DNA of 64,000 nt from Octopus sinensis (lineage: Eukaryota). The DNA is taken from the NCBI RefSeq assembly GCF_006345805.1, contig NC_042997.1, positions 90,830,001-90,894,000 of the forward strand, in the 5' to 3' direction. Made by a program: the position numbers and the translations under genes. Below the pieces are notes generated by a model. It did not search any database, was not told where the DNA came from, and saw only the letters and a program-made list of their open reading frames with translations. Position 1 is the stretch's first letter, and each line of letters opens with the position of its first letter. Shown here in pieces: positions 60,501-64,000 of this stretch.

Positions 60501-62659
60501 CTGCGAAGGGAAAAAATTGACAAAAGGCAGATGTAGAACAGTTTTTTTGTTTTGTTTTGTTTGTTTTGTTTTTTTTAAGATCAGTTCATGGCTGTATATG
60601 CATTTTGGCTTGATATGAAAAGTCTGAGGTCGCCATCGTTGACTAAGTGATGATCATTGCGTCTGACAGGTAGAGAAATAAGAGATTGCTGTTCTGAGTT
60701 GACGCAAGACAATCTGTGCCGCTTTAATATGAGAAGCGCACGATCGCCCCTCCTGGCTGTCCCCCACCCACCCGCGACTAGCAACTGGGCGCCACCATTC
60801 GATGTTTTAAAACCGACCACACTCCTCCTTTGTTCCTGCAATTTAGCAACGAAGAATATGTGCTCTACTTTTGTATTTCAAAGTTACCAGTAATAATTTA
60901 ACTTCAGTTTGTTTTCCAACAGTGAAAACATTTTCTTTGATTGCAATTATTTTTTTTTTGTCGTTCTTGCCTGCAAGTCAAGATATACCATATCCTTTTT
61001 TGTTCTTTTTTTCCATAGAGACCATAATGTCTCTAGAATACAAAGTGTTTGTTAACTGTTGTGTAGATAGCTTGATTATATTAAGTACTATCGTTTTTTT
61101 TAACCTTGACCTTCTTTAATGCTCTTTGTTCTGGAATAGATTGGATAGTATTATGCTTTTTTATGGGTTTTGGGTTTATATGCAAAAGACATTTTATTCA
61201 GCTTCGGAATATTCTATTAAATTAGTAAAACTGATTTAGGTCATTCCAAGCTTGTCGAAAACAAATTTTTTTCATTTGCTTTTTTTTGTAACATAATATT
61301 CTGTTCGTTGCCAGCATAACCATAATTTATGTATTCTTTCCATTTCTTATTTGCTTAACTTCGTTTTCCTTTTTTTCTTTTGTTTAAAATTTACAAATTT
61401 TTGGAATATTTGGCTGAAGAATCCGATGTTTGCAACGTCACTGTTATTGGCAAGTTTGTGATATTTTTCCAGATAGAATAAAACGTAATCAAATTTACTT
61501 GCAGCATATTAGGTATCGAGTATTTTCGTAATGGCTTGGGGATGATATCCATATTCTTGCATTTACACTATTCTTCTATCATTTATTGCAAGATGCCCCT
61601 CTGAAACACAATAACGATTTTCTAGTAAAATATAATGCATTTGTTATATAAATACGTAATTTATCTTGTGAAATATTGATTTATCTTAATATATTTAGTA
61701 AGTTAACGAGTCGTGGTGTTTGAAGATTGAGTTTTACTTCTGTCAAAGTTGCATAAATTAGTGACAGCCAAATTTTCATCAGTTGTAATAAATTTAAAGA
61801 CATTGAAATATGATTCTTCAGTTAAAACAAGTTTTTTTTTTTAATTTCATCAAACTTGTATGTTCAAATATTTTCTTATGTAAGCAATTTCGGGAAAACT
61901 TTATATTTATAAAATTTCAATTAAACTGTTTAGGATTAGTGAGTTTTATATGAACGTGTTCTATCATTTCGACTGGGTGAGCATCTTGTATCGTTGAGTG
62001 AACCCTATAATGGAGGCGTAAAAGCTTAATCGGAAGCTTTCTGCTGTCGTCAATATTTGTGGTGTTATTTGAGTTTAATTGTATTCATTAAAATGTTTCG
62101 AGGTCTAGCGATCAATGCAACCTTCAGAGATGTACAGTTTATAGGTGGTTGTGGTTCTTGAACACCACCTGGTCCTTAGTTGCTTTTAGCGAAATTCGGA
62201 GCAAATTCTATTTCCTTCCTCGTCACTTTTTTTTTTATCCCTGCTAGAATTGGGACGTCCTGCAAGTTTTGCTCTTTTGGGAATCATTTAAAATTGGATC
62301 TTTGTTTTTTAATATATTCTTCATCAAATGAGCTGCTTCAGTTTGAATGCCGTTTTTGATCTAAATCCACTTAACCTTCAAAAAACTTTTTGTTTTTTTA
62401 AATACTACAAAATGATTTTGAATAAATTATTTCCATTTCCTCCACGCGTGCACACACACTTCTGTGAGCCACAGCTGTCTTTCATCAATGCTGCAAGTCA
62501 CGTGAAGAGCATGTGGTCTTCAGTAAAGTGATGCAATGAAGTAGAAAATTGAATGCATTATAGGACATACGCTTTACACTTGTCTTGGGGTTTTTTTTAT
62601 GTTGAGTGACTTTTAATTGCAAACACCATAATGTTTTCATTTTTTTTTTTTCATTGTAG

Positions 62660-62866
62660 ACGTAATTGGTATAGAAAAAGAATCTGTGAATGACTAAGCA
62701 ATAATGAAATATCTTTAAATAAAATTGAAATGTTTAAGTTCTGCTATTGCTCAAAACATTCTGGATTTCATTTATGTTTCATTTGGCAGCCAGTGTAATT
62801 AGTTGGTATATAGCATGTTTAAGTGTTCGTTACACATTTTACCTGGAATTGTGCTCCTTAGACTAG
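62660..62866 (+). other. Candidate plus-strand exon of the divergent transcript
   Basis: A T-tract and tgtag acceptor at 62658-62659; donor TAG|GTATTA at 62867. Stop-rich, so non-coding or terminal coding only. Confidence 0.3.
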
Positions 62867-64000
62867 GTATTAAATGTTTATGAAATCATTAAGATTTGTT
62901 GGATCTTTTATGTTGCTATTGATGTTACACTTATTGTTCTCTCTCTCTCTATCATTTATGATTTCTAAAAGTGTGCATAAGACTAGTTTCAACCTGTTTT
63001 TATTATTTATCGATGGTTAATACCTTGAGAGAGGTATTAATACCATGGAAGAGTAGCTCTAAAATGCACCACAAAGTCTAGATATTTTGCTGACAAGGGC
63101 TAAATTGCATAAGCTGTACTATTTCTTGGTGTGTCAATGGAATGAATAAAAGCTGAGTGTGAAACTTTTTCTGAATCTTAATATCAGAACTATAGTCAGA
63201 TGCCTACACTGATAAAAACCATCAGCTTCAATATTTTTTTTTATGGTAGAGCTGCAATATTTAAATTATGCTCTGAGGTCAAGTGCCTGAGTCAATGAAA
63301 CTGACTGAAACCCTTCCCCTCTAAATTTTATATCTTCCAAGGTTAAATTATAATTGCTCTTCCTGAATGATTAGTTAGGAAAAGCACATCAAAGAAATAA
63401 TGTCTTTGTTACATGGGGATATAATGATATGGATGATGGTGAATTTTTTTTTTTTTTTATGTAAAGGTACGTATAACGATTAAATTCATTAGAAATCAAA
63501 ATAAAGAACATTTTCAGCACAACAACAATCAAGAGAATCCTAACTATTCTGGTTGTGTTGACCTTTGCTGTTTGTGGAGAAATTTCTCAGACTGAGGGGG
63601 TCAAGCAAGTTATCTAAGAACATCATTTTCATGTATTGCTGACACACTTTTCATAATGGCATTGACCAGTCTTGAGTGACCCAAAGTCATTCACAAAAAA
63701 GACTTAAGGTTTATTACTACCTTAATGGTACAATATTTGTATATTTCTTCATGCAAATTTCATTATTTTGCCATCTACATGTTTTCTTGCTATTGTTTTA
63801 AGCAAGTAATCTAATGCAGGAAGGCAGCAATTGCTGTACATACAATAATGAAAGGCACTACACTTTCTTCCATTAAATCTTGATCAGATAATTTGTCAGC
63901 TCCACCATGAAAATAAGTCAATATTCATGATCTTCAAGAACAACTGAACAACAAAGAAGCATTGAAATGTTATATCACTATCACAATAATGTTTGCACAG

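Larger units (their letters stand above)
55500..62500. promoter_or_regulatory. CpG-retaining bidirectional promoter domain
   Basis: CpG dinucleotides are visibly frequent here, whereas most intronic sequence is nearly CpG-free (qualitative, not counted). Contains full CRE palindromes TGACGTCA at 57131-57138 and 59094-59101, a YY1-like CGCCATGTT at 57107-57115 and a GC-rich box region at 60740-60830. Confidence 0.65.

Noticed and set aside
60581-60841. 86-aa minus and 78-aa plus ORFs over the GC-rich element
   Set aside because: They are open because the GC-rich sequence lacks stops; no homology recognised and TTG starts.

Overview
This is AT-rich animal genomic DNA, most likely Octopus (inferred from the SINE and MITE repertoire; no database check was possible). 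One protein-coding gene dominates the window: the 5' half of a MORC2 orthologue (GHKL ATPase, coiled coil, S5-like region) on the minus strand. I reconstructed 15 coding exons from ATG 57731 down to 1226. All have GT-AG boundaries and consistent phases, giving 1412 nt (470 codons + 2 nt), and the gene continues past position 1. Features of note are a 31-kb first coding intron and two microexons (20 and 25 nt). A CpG-retaining promoter domain (~55.5-62.5 kb) holds probable MORC2 5'UTR exons and a divergent CUSTOS/C12orf43-like ORF (58668-58928, +). The introns are a transposon graveyard: mariners, hAT, Gypsy, RTE LINEs, Helitrons, piggyBac-type MITEs, a 611-bp foldback element and several SINE families. 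I found no CRISPR, rRNA, genuine tRNA or prokaryotic system. The most unusual items are an unidentified, internally repeated Cys-containing coding remnant at two intronic sites (~0.6-1.2 kb and ~24.5-25.0 kb), foldback and templated-insertion scars, and inverted MITE pairs flanking exon blocks.
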